From IMG/VR virus record IMGVR_UViG_3300017565_000026, positions 1 through 43,113 of that record: DNA of 43,113 nt; one strand, written 5' to 3'. Shown piece by piece: positions 32,863-43,049 of this stretch (position 1 is its first letter; each line of letters starts with the position of its first letter). This stretch comes from a virus. Lineage: Duplodnaviria > Caudoviricetes. The notes below the pieces were generated by a model. That model saw only the letters and a list, made by a program, of their open reading frames with translations, was not told the origin of the DNA and made no database searches. The translations under genes were made by a program, and so were the position numbers.

Positions 32863-34335
32863 TCACTTTTCGTAGTATTCGAAGCGATCCACGATCAGGT
32901 GAGCAGAGGTAAGCGGATCCTTGCTGGCCTGCCCGGTGAGCGGCAGCATCACATCCTGATTTTTGCCACCGGCAGAAACTGCACCGTCGGTGTAGACATA
33001 ACGCGGCACGGCAAAGATCAGCGCCTGGCCATCCTTTTCAATGCGGGTGCTGATATTGGTCGGCGTACCTGCAAAAAGCTTGGTAAGAAGCGCATTGTTA
33101 CCGAAATAGGTGGATAGCTCGATCTGTACGTCAAAGCTGCCCTGTCCGATCGCCACTGGCCCGACCTTGTCATCGCTTCGAATGGCGTTGATCATGCGGA
33201 GGTTGTTGTTCACGGACAGTTTGAAAGACTGCACGAAGTTCGGACCACCGACCGCAACGCCGTTCTCGGCAATCCTGCCAACGTTGACCGCAGCGGCCAT
33301 GATCGGATTGCTGGTTTCTGGATCCGGTGTGTCATCGAGCGCAACAGTCGACTGATTACCAGTCGTGCCGCTGAACGTCATAACCCACTTGGCTATCTGT
33401 TCAGCTTCAAAGGTGAATTCACCCTGCCCAACTGCCATCGAGCTTTGTACAATATAGGTGGGCTGCGCCTGGCTCATGAAACCGCGTTCAAGCGTTCCTG
33501 TGAACAGATCTACGCCATTGCGGATTGTGTCGCCGTAAAACACGCGGATTGTCTTGCCTGCGCCGGCATTTGCAGCCCATGCAACAGGCAGATTGTCGAG
33601 TGTGATTTTATTGGCCGAGACTGCGATCACGCGCGCGAAACTGTTCAACCCCTCGGCATCGAAGCGGAAAGCAGCACCGGAGCCGCCGATCTTGATCCAC
33701 TGCCCCACCAGTAGTCCAAAGGTAGTGAAATCCAATGCCGTCGACGTAATGCCGTCAGCAACCGCCTTGATGTCGCCTGCCGACCCTTCGAAACCGACAG
33801 CGGCCATGCGCGCCGTCATCGGCGGCGCGGCCTCATCAACCAGCTTATCGGCACCGACTGCCGGGACCGTTGCCGATCCCGTCGTGATTGTGAAAAGCCC
33901 GTTATTGGCGGCCTCAGCGAACCCCGACAGCCGGACAAGATGGCCCGTCGCGAATGCCGGCCCCGCGACAACAGCCACAACGCCCGTCGCGCCGGTGACA
34001 TCCGAAATCACACTACCGGCAGCGCCATCGTTTTCGCGACTGGGACGAAGGGTCCAAGGGGCCGACAAAAGAGAGCGCAGCCAGCTGGAGAATGGGCTGC
34101 CATCAGGAGGAAACGACAACTCGCCGTTCACCGCGCCCTGCGACTGGACGTTGACCTTGATCGGATCCGAGTTCATGCGATCGGCGCGGATTTCTTCCGA
34201 CTGCACGAACACAGGCTTGTATTGGAGGGATTCCCCAGTCAGGCGCACAACGCGCATGCGCGGGTTTTCAGGAAGTACGCCCGGCGTGAGTTCATCACAC
34301 CAGGCCATGCGCAGCCGATTGCTGTCCATTGTCAT
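32863..34335 (-). CDS. Major tail tube protein
   Basis: 490 aa; RLTGESL..SEEIRADR..GAVNGELS and LSVNNNL..STYF tail-tube pattern with a central insertion. Confidence 0.8.
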   Translation of the reverse strand: MTMDSNRLRMAWCDELTPGVLPENPRMRVVRLTGESLQYKPVFVQSEEIRADRMNSDPIKVNVQSQGAVNGELSFPPDGSPFSSWLRSLLSAPWTLRPSRENDGAAGSVISDVTGATGVVAVVAGPAFATGHLVRLSGFAEAANNGLFTITTGSATVPAVGADKLVDEAAPPMTARMAAVGFEGSAGDIKAVADGITSTALDFTTFGLLVGQWIKIGGSGAAFRFDAEGLNSFARVIAVSANKITLDNLPVAWAANAGAGKTIRVFYGDTIRNGVDLFTGTLERGFMSQAQPTYIVQSSMAVGQGEFTFEAEQIAKWVMTFSGTTGNQSTVALDDTPDPETSNPIMAAAVNVGRIAENGVAVGGPNFVQSFKLSVNNNLRMINAIRSDDKVGPVAIGQGSFDVQIELSTYFGNNALLTKLFAGTPTNISTRIEKDGQALIFAVPRYVYTDGAVSAGGKNQDVMLPLTGQASKDPLTSAHLIVDRFEYYEK

Positions 34336-34372
34336 GGCTCCATAGGGTTGAATTATCGGGAAGTTTGCCGGA

Positions 34373-34552
34373 TCAGCGCGATCGGCGTTTTGTTTTCACC
34401 GGCTGCAGGTCAGGTGCAGCGAGGTAGCCTGCAGATTTCAGGCTATCGGCAGTGTGAGGCGACAGATCCGCATCGACCTCTACTTTGTCGCCCACGCCAA
34501 AACGCTGAAGCGCCGAGTTGAAGGTCTGAATTACTTCAAGTGTAACAGTCAT
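34373..34552 (-). CDS. Small hypothetical protein (59 aa, below the ORF-track cutoff)
   Basis: Manual translation MTVTLEVIQTFNSALQRFGVGDKVEVDADLSPHTADSLKSAGYLAAPDLQPVKTKRRSR; ATGA overlap with the upstream stop. Confidence 0.6.
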   Translation of the reverse strand: MTVTLEVIQTFNSALQRFGVGDKVEVDADLSPHTADSLKSAGYLAAPDLQPVKTKRRSR

Positions 34553-34962
34553 CCTTCATCCCTCTCGAAATCAATGGTGACAGTCATGCGGTAATAGTTG
34601 CCGTCCATCTCGCCCGGCTCGCCAGCACCAATTGACGCCGTGCCAAACCTGATCGATCCGATCTCCTGTCCCCGGAACAAGTCATAGAGCTGGCGCGACA
34701 ACTGGCGTGCCGTGCGCGTACCGCCGCCATTCGGGACCAGCACATGCAGACTAAGCTGGCCATTCTCGCGCCAGCGGTTCGCGGCCTGTGTCTCGGCTCC
34801 GATCGATGCCTGATCCATCAGGTCGCCGAAGACCTCGACAAAGACGAAATCTGCAGGCTCACCATCCAGCGGCCATGCCTCATTCTCAAAAACGAGAGGC
34901 GTAAGCGTCCATTGCGACCGGAGGAAATCCTCGATCGGCTCAAATGCCTGCGGAGTTGCCAT
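34549..34962 (-). CDS. Tail terminator / completion protein
   Basis: 137 aa upstream of the major tail gene; QASIG..WRENG..HVLVP..G.G pattern. Confidence 0.7.
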   Translation of the reverse strand: MATPQAFEPIEDFLRSQWTLTPLVFENEAWPLDGEPADFVFVEVFGDLMDQASIGAETQAANRWRENGQLSLHVLVPNGGGTRTARQLSRQLYDLFRGQEIGSIRFGTASIGAGEPGEMDGNYYRMTVTIDFERDEG

Positions 34963-34964
34963 AA

Positions 34965-35681
34965 TTAGCGGACCAGATTGATGACCAGTGATGGATAGGT
35001 GAGAGGCTTGCCCGCCTCGGTATCTTTGCGGCGGGCAAGCGTTGAACGGCCTGCCCGATGGGCGCTCGACTGGCGAACAGCCTTGGCGGCGACAGTGCGC
35101 TGATGACCCTTCAGGATGTAAGGAACGAGCGGCGATATTCCGGCCGGCAAATTGAGGAATTTGACCTGCACACTGATGAATGACTGCCCGAAGCGCCGAA
35201 ACATGCGCTGGCGTGCGCGCTCGAACAGACGCGGCGGCACAGACATTTTCATGGCGCCGACATGGATCTTGCGCGTGTAGGGCTGCACATTGGTGATGAT
35301 AATCTCGGCATCCGCTGAGACATCATCGAAGTTTGTCACCAAGCGTTGATCAGCCAGCACAATAAAGGAATCCTGATATCGGCCTGACTTGCGCGGGCTG
35401 TATTCGCGCAAACCCGTCAGAGCTTCATTGATGACCGCTTGCCACCAGACGAATTCATATACGATCGGTCCCGGCGCTGAGACGCTTTCTTCCGGCGCAT
35501 CCTTCACGCGGTTGACGTATCGCTCATAAATCGGACTCCCTTCGCCAGACCGCAACGCTTTCGCCAGTTCCTCCCTCGCCATCTTCGCTAGAGCCACCGA
35601 TATGGCTTCCTGCGAAAGCCCTTCGGTTGCAACAGCAATGGCGCGATCGAAGAACTCGAATTTGGTGGTTGTAGAAGCCAT
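34965..35681 (-). CDS. Neck / tail completion protein (HK97 gp10-like region)
   Basis: SPRKSGRYQDS..NVQPYTRKI motif and position. Confidence 0.6.
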   Translation of the reverse strand: MASTTTKFEFFDRAIAVATEGLSQEAISVALAKMAREELAKALRSGEGSPIYERYVNRVKDAPEESVSAPGPIVYEFVWWQAVINEALTGLREYSPRKSGRYQDSFIVLADQRLVTNFDDVSADAEIIITNVQPYTRKIHVGAMKMSVPPRLFERARQRMFRRFGQSFISVQVKFLNLPAGISPLVPYILKGHQRTVAAKAVRQSSAHRAGRSTLARRKDTEAGKPLTYPSLVINLVR

Positions 35682-36007
35682 CAGCCACGCACCCTCAAAT
35701 TCACCCGCACCGGCTTGTCATCCATCAGGACTATTTCAGCCGACTCGATATTGGTCACTGCGCCCAGAACAACAATCTTGTCAGTCTTTCTAAGCGCCAG
35801 TGCCGGCACGTCAGGCAGCAAAACCACATTGCGGTCGCCCTGCTGGATCTGCCCCACCAATTCCTCGGGCTTGTATCCGCGAACGAAAGCTCGCACCCCT
35901 TTCGTTTCAGAAGTGATAGCGCCACCTGACATTTTGCGCAGATCTACATGCTGACCATGGCGTGTGAGCTGGCGTGTCAATTTCGCTATCGCATGCGCCG
36001 GCGTCAT
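35681..36007 (-). CDS. Head closure / head-tail adaptor
   Basis: 108 aa beta-rich protein after the connector. Confidence 0.65.
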   Translation of the reverse strand: MTPAHAIAKLTRQLTRHGQHVDLRKMSGGAITSETKGVRAFVRGYKPEELVGQIQQGDRNVVLLPDVPALALRKTDKIVVLGAVTNIESAEIVLMDDKPVRVNLRVRG

Positions 36008-36630
36008 CCGATGATCCTCAGCGTATTGAGCAAGTTCTCTGCCGCCTGGCGCGTAACTTCTGCGGCCCGATCGGCATCCAGATATTGAGTGGTGCCGACG
36101 CCTTCAACGTCCTCAGATCTGACCAGACTTGACGGCGAAGCAACTGAAACAAGTTGTTGTGTTGCAAGGATAATGGCTTGCCGGGCACGCTGCGGGACCG
36201 GACCGATACCAGCACCGCCGTCGTATCCAGCACGATAACGGATCCGAACGGCGTCCGGCTCCTGGGCAAGATCTGTGGGCCACCGGAAGCCCGGCACACG
36301 GACCAGCTCAGCGTAGTGATTGGTTTTCGCCACACGATAGTTTTCAGGCGGAACGAACCATTTTTCACCCTGCCGATCGGTAAACTCGATAGACTCGACA
36401 TCGATGACAGGAACGTAGCAGATGCGCCCGTTGCGAAAGTCAGGTTGTTGCTGTTCCAACAACTGGGGACCGAGGCAACGGCCCAACCAACCAGAGGGAC
36501 CGTCGATCGCTTCCGTTACAGCCTCGATAATGGCTGCCACCAATGGATCGTCCGCGCTGTGATCGCCAGCAATATCCGCTGGCGCCACAATCGGCTCCGC
36601 CGGTTCAATAACGACGGTCCTCATGGTCAC
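36004..36630 (-). CDS. Head-tail connector protein (gp6/gp8-like)
   Basis: IDGPSGWLGRCL..WP..DAVRIRYRAGY..VP..RQAIIL. Confidence 0.8.
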   Translation of the reverse strand: MTMRTVVIEPAEPIVAPADIAGDHSADDPLVAAIIEAVTEAIDGPSGWLGRCLGPQLLEQQQPDFRNGRICYVPVIDVESIEFTDRQGEKWFVPPENYRVAKTNHYAELVRVPGFRWPTDLAQEPDAVRIRYRAGYDGGAGIGPVPQRARQAIILATQQLVSVASPSSLVRSEDVEGVGTTQYLDADRAAEVTRQAAENLLNTLRIIG

Positions 36631-37163
36631 TTTTCCTTGGTTCCGGTCTTGCCAGCAGTCTCAGTACTTGCGGTTTCCTTGCGGCTAGTATCCTTGTCAG
36701 CACCAGAATCACCCGTGGTGTTGCCGCGTTCCTTAGCCGCAACCACTTCTTTTGCTATCTCAGCAATTTCGGCATCAGCGGCTGCGCGGGTATCAGCGAC
36801 AAGCTGATTGATAGATTCGATTTCAGCGTCGGCTTTGGCCTTCGAGTCCGATACAATCTCGGCAATCTTGGTATCAGCCGCTTGCTGCGCGTCCGCGACC
36901 AACTGTGCGATGGCCGCGATATCGGTGTCCGCCTTGGCTTGCGCATCCACTACGGATTGACTGATCTTCTTCAGCGCTTCCACATCCGAGGCTTCAAAGC
37001 CGCTGAGATCGTCAGGGATATCAGCACCTTCCGGCACCGCCCAGCCCTGCGCGATGGCAACGCCTGCAAGCTTGCCTTCCACCACATCCCTCAGTTTGAA
37101 GTCGTGAACGTGAACTTCACCGTCCGGCACCCCCGGAAAAGCCTTAACAACTATCGCTTTCAT
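36627..37163 (-). CDS. Capsid-adjacent protein with Ala-rich helical repeats
   Basis: N-terminal MKAIVVKAFPG..GWAV domain followed by a duplicated 33 aa unit. Confidence 0.65.
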   Translation of the reverse strand: MKAIVVKAFPGVPDGEVHVHDFKLRDVVEGKLAGVAIAQGWAVPEGADIPDDLSGFEASDVEALKKISQSVVDAQAKADTDIAAIAQLVADAQQAADTKIAEIVSDSKAKADAEIESINQLVADTRAAADAEIAEIAKEVVAAKERGNTTGDSGADKDTSRKETASTETAGKTGTKEK

Positions 37164-37239
37164 GGAACTCTCCAATTGCAACGAAGCGCGCAGCGCCTGA
37201 TTGGCGCTGCGACAGCTTCAAACGGAATTGATGGATGGG

Positions 37240-38550
37240 TTATGCAGCCGCGACGCGGTGATAGCGAAGCCATTCCGGGTTCCAGATGCCGCCGCCAACA
37301 CGCTTGCGCGTGTAGAACAGGACGTACGGCTTCTTGGTGTATGGGTCGCGAAGGATCGACATGCCGACGCGATCGAAGATGCGATATGCTTCCTTCATAT
37401 TTCCAAAGACCAGAGGAACCGCGTTCGCAGCAACGTCCGGCATGCCGGCCAGCTCGTTGAACGGATTGCCAAGCACCTGCGCTGGCTGGCCCGCCTGGAA
37501 TGGCGGCTGCCAGAGATAATTGCCCTGCCCATCCTTCATCTTGCGGATCTTCGCATGGGTTTTCCGGTTACCAAAAAGGGCCGCTCCGACCGAGCGATCT
37601 TCCGGCAAACCGTAAACAAGATCGATAATGCCGTCAGAAGTCAGATCATCCGCCACACCGGTAACGACCTCCTGCACTGGCCCCAGTGGGTGACGGTTGG
37701 CTTCCGGCAACGCCGCCTCAGTGGTGGCGTCGTACATCAGGAAACCCTTTGGCTTGTTGACGCCGTTTCCGGCGACAAAGGAAATGCCTTCCTGCCGCGC
37801 AAATTCGGTATTGACCTCACTCTCCAGCCACGCTGCAAGATCAATGGAGGAATCCTCCAGTATGGTTTGCGTCGCAGCGGGATTGGCATAGATCTCACCG
37901 AAGCCGAATGAATATTCGCGAAGCTTCGATGTGGCTGTCTCTGGGCGAGCATCTGTCTCCCCAACCCAGCCGGCTTCCGTGCCGCGCATATTGTAAAGCC
38001 GCTTGAAGCCGGCACCCGACACGGTCTTAACCGCCGCAAACCGACGCATTGGCGAGACTTCTACACGGGCGTCGGTAATGCTTCGATCCCATTCAACAGG
38101 GGCACTCAAACCACCGTCAGGATCCGAACCAACCGAGTAGGCCGCAGAAATATTGCCATCACGAACCATGGCCTTCAGGCCGTTTTCGCCGTCACCGTCA
38201 CGGAACCAAGAATCGAACTTCGCCTGATATTCTCGATCCTCGGCGGAGAGTTCGACATGATCCCCGCCGCCTGCGCCAACAGTCATAGCAGCGATCTTGG
38301 TGTTTGCTTCATCGAGCGCTTTGATCAGATCAGAGATGCTTGCATCGATACGCTGCACCTTTTCGGTGGTAACAACGTCCTCGAATTTCTTCTTGATGCC
38401 GGCAACTTCCTGCTCATGCGCCGCCTTGAACTCGGACCAGTCCTTGTTCATAGCTTCGATGATCGCGGTAGGATCCGACTGATCGGCCCGAACGGCAAGA
38501 ATACCGCTCGACATAAGGGCGGCAGATGCAAGTGCGATACGCTTAGTCAT
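37240..38550 (-). CDS. Major capsid protein, HK97 family
   Basis: Coiled-coil delta domain, DGGLSAPVE, AGWVGE, KPKG, KMKDGQGNYLWQP, LRDPY..RVGG. Confidence 0.95.
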   Translation of the reverse strand: MTKRIALASAALMSSGILAVRADQSDPTAIIEAMNKDWSEFKAAHEQEVAGIKKKFEDVVTTEKVQRIDASISDLIKALDEANTKIAAMTVGAGGGDHVELSAEDREYQAKFDSWFRDGDGENGLKAMVRDGNISAAYSVGSDPDGGLSAPVEWDRSITDARVEVSPMRRFAAVKTVSGAGFKRLYNMRGTEAGWVGETDARPETATSKLREYSFGFGEIYANPAATQTILEDSSIDLAAWLESEVNTEFARQEGISFVAGNGVNKPKGFLMYDATTEAALPEANRHPLGPVQEVVTGVADDLTSDGIIDLVYGLPEDRSVGAALFGNRKTHAKIRKMKDGQGNYLWQPPFQAGQPAQVLGNPFNELAGMPDVAANAVPLVFGNMKEAYRIFDRVGMSILRDPYTKKPYVLFYTRKRVGGGIWNPEWLRYHRVAAA

Positions 38551-38562
38551 TAGATAGACCTT

Positions 38563-39423
38563 TCAGGAGATTTGGAGGGTTGAACGGGCGCGCATAACAG
38601 CGTCCCGTAGTCTGTCAGCGTCTCGCTTGACGTTAAGGGCATCATCACGCTTGCCCGATTTGAATTGGGATATGAGCGCCTTGGCGTCTGCCGCGCTTGA
38701 TCCGGATGCCATCAAGGCGCGCTCAATGGCCCGTTCGACCGGCACGGGCTTAGTGGACACATCGGCCTTGACCAACTTGACCGCGCCGGCAGCCATTTTC
38801 TTGTCAGCCAGACCTTTTTCGATGGCGCCAGCGGCGGAGAACATCGTGCCCTTGCCCCGGCTCTTGTCCATCCATGACAGCGCCATGGACTTTTCTACGC
38901 CAGCTCGTGCCGCATAAAGCTCTGCCATCGCATCGTCAGCGTCGGCCAGCATTTCTGCAGCGTCACGCGCATCATGATGGTTTCCTGCGATAAGTGCCGA
39001 TGCCCGATGGATCATGATTACCGAACCGTCGGCCATATTGATTTCATCACCGGCCATGGCGATTACAGATGCCGCAGAACCGGCCATACCGATCACATTG
39101 ATCGTCACTTTGGCAGGGTGCGCACGAAGCAAATTATAGATGGCCAACCCGTTGAAGAAATTCCCGCCCGGTGAATTGACATTGACAGTCACATCACGCG
39201 GACCAATCGCCCGCAATTCATTGCCGACACGACGTTCCGTGTTGTCGACATCCGTGAAGATCGATGTTCCGATCTGGCCGTAGATCGATATGACGGCCTC
39301 GCCCTTGCCGGCAGCAGCTTGGATCTCTGGCCGGTATTCTGCGGCCGTCTCGGCTGGCGGCTCGAAATGAAGGATATCGCTTTGCTGGAAAGCGCGGATT
39401 TCAGGCAGATTGCGAAGGGACAT
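38563..39423 (-). CDS. Prohead protease, ClpP/S14 family
   Basis: VNSPGG, MAGSAASVIAMAGD (Ser), MIH (His), AIEKGLAD. Confidence 0.92.
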   Translation of the reverse strand: MSLRNLPEIRAFQQSDILHFEPPAETAAEYRPEIQAAAGKGEAVISIYGQIGTSIFTDVDNTERRVGNELRAIGPRDVTVNVNSPGGNFFNGLAIYNLLRAHPAKVTINVIGMAGSAASVIAMAGDEINMADGSVIMIHRASALIAGNHHDARDAAEMLADADDAMAELYAARAGVEKSMALSWMDKSRGKGTMFSAAGAIEKGLADKKMAAGAVKLVKADVSTKPVPVERAIERALMASGSSAADAKALISQFKSGKRDDALNVKRDADRLRDAVMRARSTLQIS

Positions 39424-40663
39424 TGGTCGGCTCCTGCTTGACGTTGGCTGGCTTTCCCAGCGTGTTTCCATCGGGATCTTCGGGCATATCCTGCAGCCCG
39501 CGCACTTCGTTCGCCGTCATCCACGGCTGGTGACCGCCCGCGCCGAGCGCCTTGGCGAAGAACTCACCCTGATCTTTCATGGAGCCGCGCAGCAATCCGC
39601 CCGCGTTGAACTTGAACTCGTACCGTTCTTTCTCTTCGTCGGTGAGAAACGAGCGAGCGCCGGCCTGCTCCCATGCGGTAAACCACGGCTGCAGGCTGTA
39701 CCGGACAAAGAGTTGACCCAGCGCATCCACGCCGCTGCCCCAGTTGGTGTCATCCAGGCTAAGAAGCGGCCTCGGCGTTCCGAACACTCGCCCGACTTCC
39801 TCAATCTGGAGCTTTCGTGTTTCCGCCTGCTGGGCATCAACTGCCGACAGTTCAAAAGGCTCGGCGTCCATATCCTCTTCAAGGAGCATCCACTTTCCGG
39901 AATTGTCTGCGCCGGAGTATTTTTCCTCGAAGCCCTTTTTGATATTTGCCTTTGCTTCCTCAGAGAGCTTCTTCGGGTAACGGATCTTGCCCCCAACCAT
40001 CATGCCGTTTGTGAAGAGGCGAACGGCGGCATTCTGGGTCTGCATGGCAAGCGCGATCGCTTCAGCCGCCGCCTTCACCAAAGACATGCCATTGAAGCCG
40101 TCATCACTCATCCCGCGCAAATGGAAGATATCGGTTGCTGGAAACTTCCGAACCGAACCGTTCGGCAGGGTCACGGAATACTCCAGCGACCAATCCGGAA
40201 GCTGGCGAACAATGACCCGAGACGATGGCAGTGGTACAAGATGGATGATGCGCCCCATCGATCGCACAATCAGGGCGTAACCATTGCCGGTCGTGAGCGC
40301 CTGATACTGCAAATACGCCCGGAAATCGAAGGCGGTCTGCCAAGAGTTCGGTTGGCGATGTAGCAGACGAAACAGCGTGTGCTCGCGAGCCTTTTCCTTG
40401 GTTTCCGCATCAAGCAGATGAAAAGGCAACATGCCTATTGAGTTAGAGATCAGACTTACGCTTCGAAACACAGCGGGGATTTTCATCGCATCCGCGACGG
40501 AAATCGATACCCCTGATTGCGTCGTGTAGACTTCGCGCAGGGCCTTGGCGATATCGTGAGAAGTGATGACGCCACTGCCCTGTGATGGCTCTGCCATGGC
40601 GCTAATCTGCAGATCCCCGCGAGCATCAGCGCTGCGGCGAAACCAAGAGCCTAGAATTCCCAT
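39401..40663 (-). CDS. Portal protein, HK97 family
   Basis: AVFRSVSLIS, QPNSWQT, GNGY, IFHLR..G.S, MTANEVR. Confidence 0.95.
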   Translation of the reverse strand: MGILGSWFRRSADARGDLQISAMAEPSQGSGVITSHDIAKALREVYTTQSGVSISVADAMKIPAVFRSVSLISNSIGMLPFHLLDAETKEKAREHTLFRLLHRQPNSWQTAFDFRAYLQYQALTTGNGYALIVRSMGRIIHLVPLPSSRVIVRQLPDWSLEYSVTLPNGSVRKFPATDIFHLRGMSDDGFNGMSLVKAAAEAIALAMQTQNAAVRLFTNGMMVGGKIRYPKKLSEEAKANIKKGFEEKYSGADNSGKWMLLEEDMDAEPFELSAVDAQQAETRKLQIEEVGRVFGTPRPLLSLDDTNWGSGVDALGQLFVRYSLQPWFTAWEQAGARSFLTDEEKERYEFKFNAGGLLRGSMKDQGEFFAKALGAGGHQPWMTANEVRGLQDMPEDPDGNTLGKPANVKQEPTNVPSQSA

Positions 40664-40666
40664 GGA

Positions 40667-42418
40667 TTACACCATTTCTATGCCACGCGTCTCGTAGACC
40701 GATGGCCCTTCGTTTTCGCTTGCGAGGCTAAGTCCGACAGCCATGATGCTGGCGACGATACCGTCGATCTTCTCGGCGCTCTTTTTCTTGGTGGGCGCAT
40801 AGTTGAGGTTTTCATCAAACCTCACAGCCGTATTGCGAGCCATCCACTTTAGGACTGGATGCCCGCCGTGATCGAACATTCCTGACATGATAAGGCGCTC
40901 GACCTGTTTGGTTGGCTCTCCGAGAGTGGGGATGCCTTGCCGCATCAGGGCAAACAGATCCTCATCAACACCGGCCTTCTGCATGTCGGTTATCAACTTG
41001 GTGGCGTTCCACGGATCGTAGCCGATATTGAGAACGTCATAGCGCGACAGATCCTCTTCCAGCGCTTTCTTGACGTAGTCCTGATCGACGTAATCACCGG
41101 GCGTTAACTCAAGCGCGCCCATCTGCACCCATTTGTCGTAGGCCAGCTGATCGTTTTTAGTACGCCGGATCATGGTTTCTTCCGGCACCCAGAACCGGGC
41201 GGATATAATCCACCTGCCGAAGTCCTCATCAGGCGGGAAAGCCAGAATCCGAGCAGTGATATCTTCGTTCGAGGACACGTCGAACGCCGCATAACAACGA
41301 CGCCCCTCCAGTCCCTTCCCCTCGGCCCAGCCCTTCCATGCCTTGGCGTCTTTCGCACAGGCATCCCATTTTTTCATATTGAGCCAGCGGGAAACGGCAT
41401 CGATCCACTGGTTGCAGTGGTAACAGCGGAAACTCTGCTCCGCGCGGGGATTGTCTTTAGCGTCAGCCACTTCGCGCCGCAGAAACTGGATCGTCGGCGA
41501 CACACCCAGCGACGGGTTGGCTTTCGGCCAGTTGGCCTCATCTGCCCAGTCATCATCTGGATCCAGTGCGAAAATCACAACCAGAGTGGTGGGATCGTCA
41601 ATGCGCCCTTCCAGAATGGCGGTGCTACGTTCCCAGAGGCTCCAACCGGTACGGTTCGATTTCAGACCCGCTGTCGATGCGTATAGCTCCATCGGCTCAA
41701 GGCGGGCACCGGTACCTTGGCGCAAAGTGGTGGCAAGCTCCGCCGTTTCCCACTCGTGCATTTCGTCGCCAACGATGACGGTAGGCGATCGACCGTGCTT
41801 TCCTTCAGGCTTGCCAGTAAGCAGCTCGAACAGCGAACGGATCTTCGGGATATAGATCGACTTCTTGAATGACTTCGCATCGCCCAGACTGGGCGACATG
41901 CTGATCATTGCCTTCATCTTGTCGAAGACGATCTTCGCCTGTTTTTCATCGCGGGCGAAGGCAAAACCCTGCCCACCGATCACGCCATCGAGAATGAAGA
42001 ATAACAGCGCCAGAGCAGACAGAAACTCCGACTTGCCGTTCTTGCGCGGCACCCAGAGCATGAGGCAACGGAATATGCGGACATGAACACTGACAGGCTT
42101 GCCGGTCTGTTCGTCAATAATCTCAATCGGCGCTTTCCAGCCGACCAGCAAGCGAACAATGATTTCCTGCCATAGACCCAGACGAAATGGCTTGCCGGCG
42201 AAACGATCTTCCGTCAGGCGAAATACCTTCGGGAACAACTTGACGGCAGCATCAGCTTTCGCGTGATCGAACCATGCGCCCTCGACTGCTGCGCACCTTT
42301 GCCATGCTATCCGCGCCCACGCCCAACCCCGAACGTCTGCCGCTTCCCGAAGCCAGTCAGGTTCGGGGATTGTAGGCGGTGCAATCTGCTGACTGGCTTC
42401 CGCCGTGATGGTTTCCAT
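40667..42418 (-). CDS. terL: Terminase large subunit
   Basis: VPRKNGKS (Walker A), VIVGDEMHE (Walker B), STAG, ANPSLG, FDVS, YDPWNA, KIDGIVA. Confidence 0.97.
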   Translation of the reverse strand: METITAEASQQIAPPTIPEPDWLREAADVRGWAWARIAWQRCAAVEGAWFDHAKADAAVKLFPKVFRLTEDRFAGKPFRLGLWQEIIVRLLVGWKAPIEIIDEQTGKPVSVHVRIFRCLMLWVPRKNGKSEFLSALALLFFILDGVIGGQGFAFARDEKQAKIVFDKMKAMISMSPSLGDAKSFKKSIYIPKIRSLFELLTGKPEGKHGRSPTVIVGDEMHEWETAELATTLRQGTGARLEPMELYASTAGLKSNRTGWSLWERSTAILEGRIDDPTTLVVIFALDPDDDWADEANWPKANPSLGVSPTIQFLRREVADAKDNPRAEQSFRCYHCNQWIDAVSRWLNMKKWDACAKDAKAWKGWAEGKGLEGRRCYAAFDVSSNEDITARILAFPPDEDFGRWIISARFWVPEETMIRRTKNDQLAYDKWVQMGALELTPGDYVDQDYVKKALEEDLSRYDVLNIGYDPWNATKLITDMQKAGVDEDLFALMRQGIPTLGEPTKQVERLIMSGMFDHGGHPVLKWMARNTAVRFDENLNYAPTKKKSAEKIDGIVASIMAVGLSLASENEGPSVYETRGIEMV

Positions 42419-42422
42419 GGCC

Positions 42423-43049
42423 TCAATTAAGTTTGCCGGGCGGCGGCGAATTGTGTCCGCCGAGGACGCCGATCATGTCCTCGGCGATGGCTTCGCCCGA
42501 TGGAGTTTCTAAAGGTGCGTGGTCATCCGGCGCATCTGCCGGAGAGTTCCCGAAGAGTGGCAATCCGCCGAGGCCGGCAGCTGCAGCCTGATCGCGCATG
42601 ATCTTGTATCGAGCGTCGGGCCGCATGCCGAATGTTGCCTCCAGATCCCGCAGCATCTTTTCGATATCTTGGCATGCCTGCCATGCGGGATGGCGCTTTT
42701 TGGTGCGATTGCCGTTCGTGTCGGTTGCCTCGAACCAAGTTCCCTCTTTCTGAACCGACAGATCCGCCGCGACCCATTCAACGATGTAACGGCAGTACCG
42801 ACCCAGCGCAGATGAATCGAGATCGGAAAGAAGATTGAGCCGCATCAATTTTGGCGCGAGGTCGTTCCAGACTTCGGTCGCCTTGCGGCTTCTCTTCAGC
42901 CATTTCGGCGGCTTGACGTTGCCGACGGCAACCGGAATGACCTTGGTGGCGTTTCGAACAGCTTGTGTTTCCTGCTGCGAAAGCCGCTTTCCGGGCGATC
43001 CTTTCGCGACCTGTTGTTCTGCCGTGTCGGGCTTGCGACCACGAGCCAT
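42423..43049 (-). CDS. terS: Terminase small subunit (P27 family)
   Basis: MARGRKP..PPKWL..W..LGRYC..KRHPA..FGMRPDAR. Confidence 0.93.
   Translation of the reverse strand: MARGRKPDTAEQQVAKGSPGKRLSQQETQAVRNATKVIPVAVGNVKPPKWLKRSRKATEVWNDLAPKLMRLNLLSDLDSSALGRYCRYIVEWVAADLSVQKEGTWFEATDTNGNRTKKRHPAWQACQDIEKMLRDLEATFGMRPDARYKIMRDQAAAAGLGGLPLFGNSPADAPDDHAPLETPSGEAIAEDMIGVLGGHNSPPPGKLN

Noticed and set aside
39410-40363. 317 aa + strand ORF, and similar long antisense ORFs at 26414-27184, 33554-34345 and 37201-37911
   Set aside because: Shadow frames opposite well-supported structural genes in GC-rich DNA; no motifs.
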